Shown here one piece after another: positions 1 to 13,026 of a DNA stretch of 64,000 bases (its first letter is position 1; each line of letters opens with the position of its first letter). Source of the stretch: Balanoglossus misakiensis. Lineage: Eukaryota; Animalia; Hemichordata. The position numbers were made by a program, and so were the translations under genes. The DNA lies in NCBI GenBank assembly GCA_040954595.2, contig CM082589.2, positions 10,738,894 to 10,802,893 of the forward strand. The letters run 5' to 3'. The notes beneath the pieces are model-generated. The model saw only the letters and a program-made list of their open reading frames with translations, searched no databases and was not told where the DNA came from.

Positions 1-352
1 AATTTTGAGTGTTTGGTGGGGTCAACCTTTGCGTCAACATTAACCAGAGCACACAGTAACCAGGCCATAGTGGACAGTATGCTGCCCATTGATTTTGAGT
101 GTTTGGTGGGGTCAACCTTTGCGTCAACATTAACTAGGCCAGAGTGGCCAGTATCGTGCCCATTAATTTTGAGTGTTTGGTGGGGGTCAACCTTTGCGTC
201 AACATTAACTAGGCCAGAGTGGCCAGTATGCTGCCTATTAATTTTGAGTGTTTGGTGGGGTCAACCTTTGCGTCAACATTAAGCAGGCCAGACAGTAACC
301 AGGCCAGAGTGGACAGTATCCTGCCTATTAATTTTGAGTGATTTGTGGGTCA
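1..352. repeat. Minisatellite with ~74-75 bp and ~90 bp units, running off the left edge
   Basis: The core ATTTTGAGTGTTTGGTGGGGTCAACCTTTGCGTCAACATTAA recurs at ~2, 92, 166 and 241, with a degenerate copy at ~331. Confidence 0.9.
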
Positions 353-1296
353 ATTTGATCAAATACTGCCTACCGCTGGCACTGCATATTTGAAGAAATG
401 TGAAAAGATGGCAAGACAGGTTTGGTAAATGTGGGCCCCCTAACTGAAGCAAAAGCACAAACTTAAAACAAAGATATGAATTTGGAAGAGTTTTATTTAT
501 TACATATGAAAAATAATGAAGACTTATGCTTCAAAGTAAGTATCGACGGAGTCGAACCGCCAATGCTGCAATGGCATTATACCCATAATACTTTTTTGCT
601 TTTTGCATGAATTTCATTATTTTTCATATGCTGTGCAGCTAAAGTGTGGCTAGATGGCTAACTGCTGATGTAAAATATCTTGCATACCAATTTGGAACAA
701 TTACCCCAAGTAGTGGTCAAACAGAAACAATGCTTGCATTCAATTTAAAACAAGGTGACAAAAGTGGTTGAAATGAAACAATAAGCAAAAACAGTGTTTA
801 TCAAACTGAAATAATGTGGTCGAAATGAAACAATGAGCAAAAACAGTGTTTATCAAACTGAAATAATGTGCCAAAATAGCTCCTGTTGATATTGCACAAA
901 ATTAACTGTTGCATTCTACCCTTGAGTTAATTTTTATTTCCAGGCAATTATGTGCTTAATACTAAATATTATCTATGGGTACAAACCATCAGTTTCTTAA
1001 GTGCAAATCGCAAGAAGCTCCCCCATACAATTTTAGTGTTTTTTTAAATCAAGCAAGATAATTACATACTGTGTGATAAACTAACTAACTTTACGCGCCT
1101 GGGGACAGTTAAAAACCTCGAGCCAAATATAAAATGAGGAAAAACTGCCCCCTCCCCCGTTGTGAATTTTAAAAGGTTGGGGCTCAAACTAACCAGAATT
1201 GTCTTGCCGACTCCTATTTTTCTGTGTACATTTTGATGTATTGTTGTTACGCGAGATTGAGGATTCGTGTTGATGCGGGAATTACGATGACGAAAG

Positions 1297-1497
1297 CAAA
1301 AAATCCATCGGCGAATCAAACGGGCACACGGCGAAATTCCATTACACGACGATCCAACTGCGATGAAGAACGCGAACGCGGGTAACGTTGTAAAAAATCC
1401 ATCGGCGAATCAAACGGGCACACGGCGAAATTCCATTACATGACGAGCGACCTGCAATGAAGAACGCGAACGCGGGTAACGCTGCAAAAAATCCGCA
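1297..1497. repeat. CpG-rich tandem duplication of ~94 bp (two copies)
   Basis: AAAAAATCCATCGGCGAATCAAACGGGCACACGGCGAAATTCCATTACA...GAAGAACGCGAACGCGGGTAACG occurs twice, head to tail. Confidence 0.85.
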
Positions 1498-1917
1498 GAC
1501 AATTATTACACGAATGCATAGCAACAATTATTTTACCCAACCTGACACTAATAAATTACCCAATGATTTTAAATTTCTTATTATTACACCCCAACTAATC
1601 ATTATACCTTTGTAATATTAACACCGTTTATACACATCCCATAATGTTTATACCATCAAGTTAATACCATTTTATTATTATTATACCACCAAAACCATGT
1701 GTTACCCATTTTTTTTATTATTACACCATTGATGTTAACATCTTTATATATTATACCGGTATTTACCCTCTGTACATGTACAGTTTTTATTTACCACGTG
1801 GCATTACTCATGTTTTTATAGTATTTTAATTACTTATCATACCCTTGAAACCATAATATTATACCCTTGCAGACAGTTTTATTATAGTACCCTTGTGCAC
1901 AATGTCTTATTAGTCAT

Positions 1918-2092
1918 CATACACCAACCCTTCACCATTTCATTAGATTATACCATTTTTATTAGCCTAACCTGTTTATACACCAACCCTTCACCATTCC
2001 GTTAGATTATACCATTTTTTATTACCCTAACATATTCATACACCAACCCTTTACCATTCCCTCAGATTAAACCATTTTTATTAGCCTAACCT
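1918..2092. repeat. Tandem repeat of ~60 bp, three copies
   Basis: ATACACCAACCCTT(C/T)ACCATT...AGATTATACCATTTTT...TTAGCCTAAC recurs at ~1919, 1978 and 2038. Confidence 0.85.
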
Positions 2093-2277
2093 ATTGACAG
2101 CATCCCTCTGGTTTTGATATTGTTATCTGGTGCGGCGTTGTTGTAGATATTGATTAGACTCCCTCCGGCGATGATAATACCAATGAACCTATTGAAAAAA
2201 AAGAATGAATATTATTTATTAGATCAGATCAACAAATCATGGCGTCGTTCATCCCTCTGGTCACAGGAGCATCATCT

Positions 2278-2995
2278 GGCGTCGTTACAGGTTTAAGTTC
2301 ATCCCTCCAGTACAGTATAAGGTGGCGGCGTCGTTACAAGTATTAAGTTCATCTCTCCAGTACAGTATTAGGTGGCGGCGGCGTTACAAGTATTAACTTC
2401 ATCTCTCCAGTACAGTATTAGGTGGCGGCGTCGTTACAAGTATTAACTTCATCTCTCCAGTACAGTATTAGGTGGCGGCGTCGTTACAAGTTTAAGTTCA
2501 TCCCTCCAGTACAGTATTAGGTGGCGGCGTCGTTACAAGTATTAACTTCATCTCTCCAGTACAGTATTAGGTGGCGGCGTCGTTACAAGTATTAACTTCA
2601 TCTCTCCAGTACAGTATTAGGTGGCGGCGTCGTTACAAGTATTAACTTCATCTCTCCAGTACAGTATTAGGTGGCGGCGTCGTTACAAGTATTAACTTCA
2701 TCTCTCCAGTACAGTATTAGGTGGCGGCGTCGTTACAAGTATTAACTTCATCTCTCCAGTACAGTATTAGGTGGCGGCGTCGTTACAAGTATTAACTTCA
2801 TCTCTCCAGTACAGTATTAGGTGGCGGCGTCGTTACAAGTATTAAGTTCATCTCTCCAGTACAGTATTAGGTGGCGGCGTCGTTACAAGTATTAACTTCA
2901 TCTCTCCAGTACAGTATTAGGTGGCGGCGTCGTTACAAGTTTAAGTTCATACCTCCAGTACAGTATTAGGTGGCGACGTCGTTACAAATATTACA
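2278..2995. repeat. Homogeneous 50-bp tandem repeat, ~14 copies
   Basis: The unit is GGTGGCGGCGTCGTTACAAGTATTAACTTCATCTCTCCAGTACAGTATTA. Most copies are identical and a few are 49-bp variants. Confidence 0.97.
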
Positions 2996-3118
2996 CTCCC
3001 TCCAGCAGCAGTGTTACCAAAGAACCTAATGTAAAAAAAGAATGAAATTATTTTAATAATCTGATTAGGTCAAGTCATCATATTGATAAAGAAAACGACA
3101 AGAAGAAATCATTTAAAA

Positions 3119-3385
3119 ATTAACGCTGCCAGCACCATTGGTTGGGCCCAAACGGTTCCCATGGTTACCAGGGTATGCCAAGGCTGTATTCTGCTGTGAA
3201 TACCAAGATATATGAAAGCTGGTCAAAGGTTACCCCAGGGTCATTGAAAATCGCAAAAAATAGCGTCAAGGACACTGTGGTCTCATTTAGTGACTACACT
3301 AGAAAAAGTCTACACAGGAGTACAGACAGACAGACACACACATAGAGAGGCAATAAAATATGATGCCCCCCCCCAGCCCCGAAAA
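3119..3385 (+). mobile_element. Short Helentron/HINE-like fragment
   Basis: The start ATTAACGCTGCCAGCACCATTGGTTGGGCCCCAA resembles the element end at 35112 (ATTAAAGCTGCAAGCAGCATTGAATGGGCCCAA). An ACAG/AC microsatellite lies near the other end. Confidence 0.4.
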
Positions 3386-3768
3386 CATCTTGATCTTATG
3401 TATGCTGGCCTGGTACAATAGACAAACCAGCCAATTAATGAAAATTTTGTACAAATACAGAGCTCAAAGTTGCATTTTAGTGAGCCCAAAAGCAAATTAA
3501 CTCAATGTTACGACAAATTTTACTTTTGCCACTCAAAGTTTGCATCGGTGGGGTGGGATGGCAAGTACTCTTCCCTGATACAATAGACAAACCAGCCAAT
3601 AAATGAAATGAGGTGAAGAATGAAGGTGAAGAATGAATAACTTTATTTGATTCCATTATCTAAACAAACACATCCAATTAACTTCCTACTCAAATTTCAA
3701 AGTAATCAGTCATAGGTTTTGTAAATCATCATGAGAAATCACCCTGAAACCAAATCAAATCAAAAATC

Positions 3769-4064
3769 ATATAAGCCTAGTCGGGCTCTGCGCTCCAGCT
3801 CAAGGAACCAGTTGTGTGTACCAAAGTACAGACTCAAAACATATGGTGGATGTGCCTTTTCCCTTGTCGCGCCACAACTTTGGAATCTCTGCCATCTGAC
3901 ATTCAACAGGCTTCTAGTCTCAACATTTTCAAACAAAAACTCAAGACATTTCTATTTGTCAAAGCCTACGAACACTGATGTTATACTTTCAGCGCCTTTG
4001 GAAATAACATTGTTATTGATTCTGGCGCTTTATAAATGTTTGTTTTGATTTGATTTGATTTGAT
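3769..4064 (+). mobile_element. 5'-truncated L2/CR1-group LINE 3' end
   Basis: Reads YKPSRALRSS..YGGCAFSLVAPQLWN, then a frameshift to LPSDIQQASSLNIFKQKLKTFLF*. A short 3' UTR with an AGCGCC..GGCGCT stem ends in a (TTTGA)n tail. Confidence 0.85.
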
Positions 4065-5790
4065 CCCCCAAAAATATACTATTCAATTCATCAAGTTGAT
4101 TTGAAAAACATACATGCAAATCTTACTTGAGCTACCCCTAACATGACTAACAAATTTTAAAGCAATGGAACAAGCGGTTTTAGAGAAAAAAAAATTAATT
4201 AAACAAGGCTGAAATTGCTCCAAAATTATCAATATGCAAATTTTGCAACATTTCAACAAAAGTATTGTAACTCATATCACCTACATGAAGCTTCATACTA
4301 AATTTTTTTTACCACAAATGAGGAAAAAGGCAAAAAATGCATAAAATAGAACATTCAAACTATTAGTTAAAAAAATACAGGATTGTATGTGGTTGACATA
4401 AGGTACTTGCATACCAATTGTCAAATCAATCTGTAAATTATCATGAGAACAAACCCTGAAACCTTCAAATCAAATTTCAAAGCAGTGGGGGTAAAGGGGG
4501 CACAGTACGATATTTTACCCACAACTCTCCATGATTTGTATCATCGAGATTGTCCATTTAATTACTTTCTGTTTTAGATACTAACAATGATATGAAGTAC
4601 ATATAACTGTATTAAGATTTATCTAGAAAAAGTATGTTGAGGAATTAGAGTGAAAATTTCAAAATCAAGATTTAAAAGCCATAGAAATCAAAGTATTCAT
4701 TCATGTACGTCAAATGTCACACTTAGGAGGAAAGAAGCAATGACTAACTGAGGTGGCCAGTCTCTGTTGAAAGTCAACATGTAAATTTCCATTGTTCTGT
4801 CTATAGAAAAAAATCAATATTGTTTTGTTTGATTAAACAAGTGTTTCAAGTGTCCCTGTTTTACTTCAAACTTTTTTGTATCGGCTGGCTATGCAATTGC
4901 TTATTTTATAAAATTTGTATCTCCTCTTTCAATAATGCATGATTTTGTTTATCATTTGAAATGGTAATTGACAATAAGATTCGCCTTTAAAGCATGCTCT
5001 CAAAATTTGTATTAGTGGTCTACAATTTTCTCTACACATGTGAACTTTGCCTGGTTTGACCGAGTAATCTCTGGTTGTACAAACCAGAGTGATTCATGGG
5101 ATATTTCACGTACTGTGGTGGGTTCTGAGAAGAGTTTTGACCAAAAATGGCAAAAATCATCCCAAAAATATACTATTCAATTCATCAAGTTGATTTGAAA
5201 AACATACATGCAAATCTTACTTGGGCTACCCCTAATATGACTAACAAATTTCAAAGCAATGTAACAACCGGTTTAAAAAAAAAATTCAAAAACGGCCGAA
5301 ATTGCTCCAAAATTATGAATATGCAAATTTTGCAACATTTTAACAAAAGTATGCTAACTCATATCACCTATATGAAGCTTCATACTAAATTTCAAAGAAG
5401 TCGTCTCATCAATTTTAGAAAAGTAGATGTTTTACCAAAAATGAGGAAAAAGGCAAAAAATGCATAAAAATAGAACATTCAAACTATTCAAAATACAGGA
5501 CTGTATGTGGTTGACATAAGGTACTTGCATACCAATTGTCAAATCAATCTGACCAGTGGTTTTGACCAATTTCAAATTTTCCCAGCTAATTTGCATTTAT
5601 TTAACAATTTCAACTGAATATGGCTGCCAGGTCAAATGACTGATTTGAATTTCAAGGTGCACACTCATTGGCAAGGACAACTGTGACAAATTCAAGAAGC
5701 ATAGGTGTGGCAGGTTTTCAGAGCAAGGTGTAAAAAATATCCAGGGAATGGGGCCCAAGCTCCTAAAAACCCAGCACAATACCAATAGGG
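4065..5790 (+). repeat. Two diverged copies of an AT-rich HINE-like interspersed repeat, separated by a ~630-bp unrelated insert
   Basis: 4065-4435 matches 5160-5550 (…ATACTATTCAATTCATCAAGTTGATTTGAAAAACATACATGCAAATCTTACTT…). The same family recurs at 8-11 kb and 17-18 kb. Confidence 0.7.
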
Positions 5791-5897
5791 ACTCATATTA
5801 CTAACAAAGTGTAAGCCTGTAATAAGTCAAAAGCTGCACATCTTTTTACCACCTCGTGCCAGTACTAAGCAATAAGACTTTTTATAGAGTTGTTTAA

Positions 5898-6630
5898 GGT
5901 GGCACTGCATGAAACCGTCGAGACTTTTTCAGAGGCCTATTTCTCATCAAAGACAAAGTTTAAACCCCCATAAACCATATATATTCTGGAAGCTGAGATT
6001 TTGAACTTTTGTTTGAGTTGCAAATATTATTGATCCCCGGAAATGGTGGCGATTTTGGGCGAAAAAACCCATTTTTTGATATTATGTCATGAAATTTAAA
6101 ATAGGTAAAAAAGTTGACCATGCATCATGCATCTTAATATGTCATTCGAAACTAAAGTACACGTGCAAAAAAACGCTAATTTTGTTTTGCGTTATCTGCT
6201 TCCATTGAGGAGTAACAGCGTTTGAAAGTTAGATTTTCTGAAAATTTGATCAAATTCACGGTGAGTTGTATTGAATCAGAGTTTATTCCCGCCAGGGACA
6301 CTTTATCGACATACAAAACTAGCGTTTTGTTGGATGGGTCATACACAATTCCCTGTCAAAATTTGAGCAAATTCGGCCAATGCAGGGCGAAGCTATTTTA
6401 GTCCGAAGTTGTCAAAAGCAGCGAAAATGCAAACCGAGAAAAACGGCCATTTGCATTGTTGACACCTATTTGTTAAGCTGTGAACTCATTCAGAAAAGTG
6501 CTATTTGGGGGTGATTGTGCACCATTTCCGCCAAGACGTATTAGTCAGGATGTGGGTGAGTATTAGGCCTACCGATTTATGTAAAAAAGTAAAATTTGGC
6601 AAAAATCACAACTTTTCATGCAATGCCACC
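5898..6630. mobile_element. Non-autonomous Kolobok-type DNA transposon
   Basis: TTAA at 5894-5897 and 6631-6634. TIRs GGTGGCA(C/T)TGCATGAAA. Purine-purine termini favour Kolobok over piggyBac, which starts with CC. Confidence 0.8.
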
Positions 6631-7959
6631 TTAATTGTCTCTGCTGATGCCAGAGATTGAAAAAGAATCCTACAAGTTAGGATTTTCAGAAACAATGATA
6701 GCTATTTCTATTACTGTTTGTAAACAAAAATGTGATGTTCACCGCCTTGTTTTCAGAAAAGTATTTACATAAATGTTTTTCCATAGAGTTAACACAGACA
6801 TTGGCAGCCATCTTGAATTTCAAAAACTGCAACAATATCTCCAATGCAACAAATCTGCAAATTGTACTATTTGACACCTGACTTAGGTCAAGGGGTTTCA
6901 GAGATGATGACTACTCTTCAGACTCAGACAAAATAATAATGCAATATTCAGCGGAATTTCAAAAGCATTGACTAAGATCACCAAGGGACAATTCATACCA
7001 AAGATCAAAACAATTAGACGTACCTATTTTAAAGATCATTATGAAAACTTTACAGATTCGGTTATAATGTAAATAAAAGTAGATCACCCCTGTGGACATG
7101 GCAATCAGACATGCATATTCTGACAAGATTTTTTGTTTGTACAAAAAGGCAACTGTCTCCAAAATACAAAATTACAGATTATGTCACATACCTCAGGGAG
7201 ATCAATACTAAATTTCAGAGAAAATTTCCCCCCAAATATGCAAATTTCACCATATTTTGAAGAAACAACTTGTGTCATACCTAGAAACCTGCATAGTCAA
7301 AGTAATCTACGAGCTTAGCTTTTTTCTTCCAAAAACAGCAAAAAACTTGTTCCAAACTACAAATATGCAGAATTCAACACAATTTGAACACACATTACTT
7401 CGCCACCCCAAGAAACCTGCACACCAATTTTAAAAGCACTTGCGCCAGTGATTTCAGAAAAGAAAAATGTTGACAGACATAGGATGACTGAACATCTATC
7501 TACCTGTCAGATAACTTTTGCAGTGCTGAGAGCAGAGCTAGAGATTGGTGTTGTCTTTTTACATTTTAAATCATCACACTTTGCTACTCAAAGCTACTAT
7601 TCTGCTATGCTTGAGAAATGACTTGGGACCATTTTTGGCAAACAATAGTCACTAATCTTCCTCAGTTTATAGTACAATGTACCTACACTGTTTTAGTAAT
7701 GTACTGAAAATGTTCAGACTATTTCTTGTGTCTGCATATGTCTTTAGTACAGAAGAATAATCTATCCGGTTGTCATTTCTCTGTTTATTCAGAAATAAAC
7801 TAGTCTGGGTTGCAACAGTAAAAATTTTAAAATATTCATACCCTTTCTGAAGGATGTTCAAAACCAATACCTATGTGAAGCATTATATCAAATTTGCTGG
7901 GTAACTGTGGATTTATAACTTTTGCTAATTACAGTGCTAACTCACACTGGATGATTCGA

Positions 7960-10900
7960 CGGTAATTTTAGATTCATATGAAGATTTTTTACCAATAATG
8001 TTGAAAAATACAAACAAATGCATCAAAAATAGAAAATCAAAATTAGCTCAAAACATACAGGACTGTATGAGGTAGGCATAAGGTACTTGCATACCAATTT
8101 CCAAATCAATCTGACCAGCAGTTGTTGAATTTTGCGAGTTTTGACCAATTTCACATTTTCCAGCTAATTTGCATATATTTGGTAATGACATTTTCATGTT
8201 AACAAACTCCAATCTACAGCCCAGCCTGCATCTGCACACCAAATATCGAGGTGATATGCACAACGGTTTTCAAGTTTTAGATGTGGACGGACATACAGAC
8301 ATACATCCATACAAACAGACAGACATACTGTAAAACACTTTATTTTCGCGAGCAATTAATTTTCGCCAAATACGCGAGAGCCAAAATAACGTGAAAATAA
8401 AAAGTCGCGTAAATTGTTTTTGAAGATAACGATGCAGTGAATGAAATAAGAGAACGCGAAAATTAATACTCGCGAAACAGTGGCCTCTCTCGATATCGCG
8501 AAAAATTTAACTCGCGAAAATACAGTACATCCATACATAAATACAGACACAACTGATTCCATAAGGCCCATGGTACATACCATATGGGACCTAAAAACTG
8601 CAGAAGCTACACAAAACATTAATACTGAAAACATGGCAAACAGTTGTTGCTAACGGGGTTTTAAATCTCCCTTATAGATATTTTTGAACTCCCAATTTAT
8701 GATTATTGACTGTTTGATTGATTAGTTGTTGCACAAATGATAGTATTATCAAAGTAAATAATATCTGTGAGAAATTTCTTTTCATATTTATTTGAATATG
8801 GATAGGGTAAGATGGGGGTTAAACAAAACTACATTTGTTCAAAAGTGGCAAAAACACAAATATGCAAAAATCACTATAATTGTACACCATCTTACTTAAA
8901 TCACTACAAGGAACATTCCTGTCAAAGTTCAAAGCAATCTGACAAGCGCTTTCAGACACAGCGAATTTGATAACCATCTACAAATATATTTTTATTTTTT
9001 AAACAATTCTTTTACAACACCTTACTTGGGTTACCCCCCTAGGAATCTGCATTCTGAGCAAAAATTACAAAATTGCTCAAAATTATAAATATACCAATTT
9101 CACAACAATTTGCAATTTGGACAAAAACTATGGCTTTCAGAAAGGAAGATTTTTCTTTACCAATAATGCAGTAAAAGACAAAACAATAAAAATAGAAAAT
9201 TCATAATATTAGCTCAAAACAAAACATACAGGACTGTATGGCATTTATTGACATTTATAAGAATATGGACAGGGTATGATAGTGGGGGGGGAATTATAAA
9301 TTCCAAGGGGGTCATCAATTTTTTGTCATAGCTTTTTGGGGCCATAGAAAAAATAACCTAAAAAGTAGGAAATCCTACGTCCCCCTAAGCTTTCATTCTG
9401 GCCAACAACTTTTTATGAAGGCTTCTGCAGTTGTTAAAAACAGATTGCCTGCTATGTTAGACTATCAATCTATAGAGGGGATGAAAAATGTCCTTTTGTC
9501 AAGTGTCTGGATTTTGATAACTTCAACAGGTAAAAATATATTTGTAGATGTTTATCAAATTCGCTATGTCTGAAACAGTATGCTTGCAAATGTATTAATA
9601 TAGTCAGATAATATGAATAGTGAAGATAGCAAAACAAACAGGTTTATGCTTATAGCCATAACTTCTATTAGTGATGTACATGTTGTACTTAGCAAATAAT
9701 TGTTATGATCAACTTGGTTTTTATTGCACAAGATCTTTTTATTGCATCCATGTTTCGTTTCATTCTGGATAATAGTCTGTCTAAATAAGTTAACAGGCTT
9801 GATGAGGGTTATTTTAAACAGCGTTCTCAAAAAACCTGCAATGTCATGCCCTATATTTATAAAGTTGAGGAGAGGTTGTATTCCTAGCAGGATGTTGAAA
9901 TCATTGGAGGACAAACCCTGCCAGTACCAAAAGTTGCTGGGTGTTATAAATGTTTGAGTAACCCCCCCCCCCCCCTTCCCCAATAACACAATATATACTA
10001 AAACATTTTTACAACATCTTACTCAGTTTACCCTTAGGAATATGCCTACCAAATCAATCTGGCATGCAGTTTTAAAGAAAAAAAAAATGACCAAAAGTGG
10101 CAAAAATTGCTCAAAATTAAAATATGCAAATTTTTCAACAATTTGAACAAAACTTTGGTTACTCAGACAACCATTAGAAGCTTCATACTAAAATTCAAAG
10201 AATGAGGCCTATAACTTTAAGAAATGATGATTTCTTTACCAATAATGTGGAATAATACAAAAAATGCATAAAAGATTTTTGGCATAAAAAATTAAAAATC
10301 GATAATATTAGCTCAAAACATACAGGACTGTTTGAGGTAGACATAAGGTACATGCATACTGATTTTCAAATGAATGTGACCAGTGGTTGTTGAGTTTGAG
10401 TTTTGACCAATTTCACATTTTCCTAGCTAATTTGCATATTTTTGGCAATGACAGCTTCATTTGAACAAACTCCAATCTTCAGCCTGGCCTGCATCTACAC
10501 ACCAAATATCGAGGTCATATGCCCAGCGGTTTTCAAGTTTGTGATGTGGACGGACATACAGACATACATACATACATCCACCGATATCATAAGGTCCCAT
10601 GGTAAAGCAAATGGGACCTTACAAAACTATGATAACTCAGATCACCTATGAAGCTTCATACTAAATTTCAAATAAGTCAGCTGATCAATTCCAGAAAAGC
10701 AGATTTTCTACCGATAATGTGGAAAGAGACAAAAAATACATAAAAAATCGAAAATTCACATTAGCTCACGACATATAGAACTGTGTGAGGTTAACATAAC
10801 TTACAGGAATACCAATTTTCAATTTTGAAAGCAATTTGCTCAGTAGTTGTCGAGTTCCCGAGTTTGGACGAATTTGACACTTTCCCAGCTAATTTGCATA

Positions 10901-11116
10901 TTTTGGCAATGACAACTTCATTTTGACAACTCCCACTTAATGCCTTGCCTGCATCTCCACACTAAATATCAAGGTCACATGCCAGTGGTTTCCAAGTGTT
11001 TGATATTGATAGACATACAGACAAACATCCATACAGACATCCATATATACAGGTGCAACTGATCCCATAAGGTCCCATGGTATAAATACATATACCTGCA
11101 CCAAATGGGACCTAAT
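7960..11116 (+). mobile_element. Cluster of Helentron-associated (HINE/DINE-1-like) non-autonomous repeats
   Basis: Related ~500-600-bp units each end in an ACAT/ACAG microsatellite followed by a terminal hairpin AGGTCCCAT...ATGGGACCT-AAA (~8562-8596, 10591-10620, 11070-11116). The same ends occur at ~17717-17762 and 18241-18282. Confidence 0.65.
8328..8525. mobile_element. TA-flanked MITE with internal TTTTCGCG/CGCGAAAA inverted motifs
   Basis: Structure is TA|CTGTA...TACAG|TA, inserted in a microsatellite tract of a HINE-like repeat, with repeated CGCGAAA motifs in both orientations. Confidence 0.7.
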
Positions 11117-11811
11117 AATTCTGATAAAATGCCTACATAGTAAGTTTAAAAACCAATTGTACCTTCAACGTCCTTGGACAACAATGGCTAATATTACTTG
11201 CCAAGGGCGACTAGAATTTTGGGGGCCTGATGCAATTCTGATACATGTACTTCATGATTTAGAGATATTGTGAAAATCCTGTCAACCGAATTACAGGGAA
11301 ATCAGATTTTCCATGTAAAATCATATCACCCAAAAATGTCAAGTGTCGAAAATAATTTTGAAACAAAAGTCTACTCAAAATCATACCAAAATTTAAATTT
11401 TAAAGCAGTACGTTAGGCAAGCAATTTGAGAATGAAGAAACTTACAAAAAAATTATAAATTGAAAATAACTTACAAATGCCGTACACAAACTTACAATCA
11501 CTACCATATTACTGTACAAGTTAAAAGGACATTGTACCAGCAGAGACATTGCGATCGAGCAATCCCCAAGATATACATGACATGGTCTAATTACAAATAT
11601 TGAATATGTAAAATAGGTACACAACACTTCCATTCTTTCAGTACAGTCAGCTGCTTGTTAACAATAGGCATGTAGCTATTTCATCAAATTTACAGCCCAA
11701 GTCATGCCTATACAATTCTCCCTTAAGCTACCCTAAGTGAGTGATGAAAATCTCATATGGTCGACAATTGATGGCCGATTTTTGCCATGTTAAAGAAATG
11801 GGAGTTCATAA

Positions 11812-12595
11812 GGCTGCATTCACAAACACCTCTGGAGAGGGGGGGGGGGCAGGAGAATTGAGCGGGGGGGGGGGGATTTGAAAAAATTGAAGGTATGTAA
11901 GGGGGGATTTGAAATAATTTAGGGACTGAAAGGGGGGACTTGAAAACTTTGACGACTAAATATTTATTTTGAGTCCACAAAAATGCAGTTTCGCGCCCTT
12001 TATTTTACACCCCCTCCCACACCCACCCCCCTCCATTCATCAACACCTTTCAATCATTAACTGGTTTATCTAGTGTCCCATGTCAGGGGACTTGCCCCCA
12101 CCCCATGATAACTTTGAGCGGCGACGGTTAAATTTATCCTCCCCAACATACTGGTAGTTGAGTTAATTTGCTTTTGCCGGGTTCATAATCTTTGAGCTCT
12201 GTATTTTATACAATTTTCTTACGTGGGAGGGGGACACCCCTTCCCACACCCACCCCCTTCAATTCCCGGTTTACAATGTCTCCCAACACAGAATACAAAT
12301 ACTTAAAAAATAAAAACCATGTTCAGTTTTAATACCCACTGATGAGGGGAAACATCAGTTTCAAAGTCTTTTCATGGGAGCGCTGTTTTTCTTTTTTACA
12401 AGATAGATAAGTGATGTGTTTTGCTCTGTGAAAGAAAATGGGGGGGGGGGATTTTAAAATTTTGGCAGTTCAGAAGGGGGTGGGGGATTTGAAAATATTT
12501 CGGGTTGTGTACAGGGGGGGGGGCATGTGAAAATTAGCAGTAAAAAAATTGAATTCTCCCCCCCCCCCCATCCAGAGGTGTTTGTGAATGGAGCC
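11812..12595. mobile_element. PIF/Harbinger (Tourist-like) MITE
   Basis: TIR GGCT(G/C)CATTCACAAACACCTCTGGA with a TAA TSD (11809-11811 and 12596-12598). The empty site TTCATAAGCTAAA is present in the paralogous copy at ~19094. Confidence 0.92.
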
Positions 12596-13026
12596 TAAGC
12601 TAAAGCTAAAGTGATAATGGGTCATAACAGACAAAATAACAAAATGTGAAAAACATTTAATGAGTTTAATATGCTAACTACGGAGACAGACATGTTTGAC
12701 CAAAGCATGAAATACACAAAATGTATCATTTCTTCCACCTCTTACTACAGTGGGTTGTAGACTTTTCGCCCAGAATGCAATGTGATTTGACCCCCTAGCG
12801 CAAAGTGAAAACCTATTTAAGGCAGCCAGAATTTTCTGCATAGTATGACGGAAACATTTGTAAAGTCATGGCTAGCGTGGGCTGGTAAGTTTATATGGGG
12901 CTCTCCATGATAACCAGTTGTGGCTTACCACCACCATAATTTTGAAAGGGCGACTTCACTATTTGATGGGAAAAGGTAGCCTTTACAAACAAGCTATGGA
13001 GCATGTATACAGCAAGTTGTGCTTAC

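Noticed and set aside
2290-2970. Tandem miR-200-like precursor cluster on the minus strand
   Set aside because: The units lack a complementary star arm, so no pre-miRNA hairpin can form.
2278-2995. CRISPR-like regular array
   Set aside because: The units are identical end to end with no unique spacers, there are no cas genes, and the context is eukaryotic.
3751-3768. Apparent inverted LINE tail (CAAATCAAAT) suggesting twin priming
   Set aside because: The host repeat has the same CCCTGAAACC..CAAATCAAAT at ~4455-4475 without a LINE.
9564-9989. 141-aa minus-strand ORF and other 60-140-aa ORFs in repeats (e.g. 14608-15039, 24238-24741, 26910-27790)
   Set aside because: No recognisable domain, an AT-driven composition, and most overlap non-coding repeats.
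12810-12892. Plus-strand TATA-like box, ATG and GTAAGT donor
   Set aside because: The donor is not conserved in the duplicate (GCAGGT at ~19390), and no downstream plus-strand exon was found.
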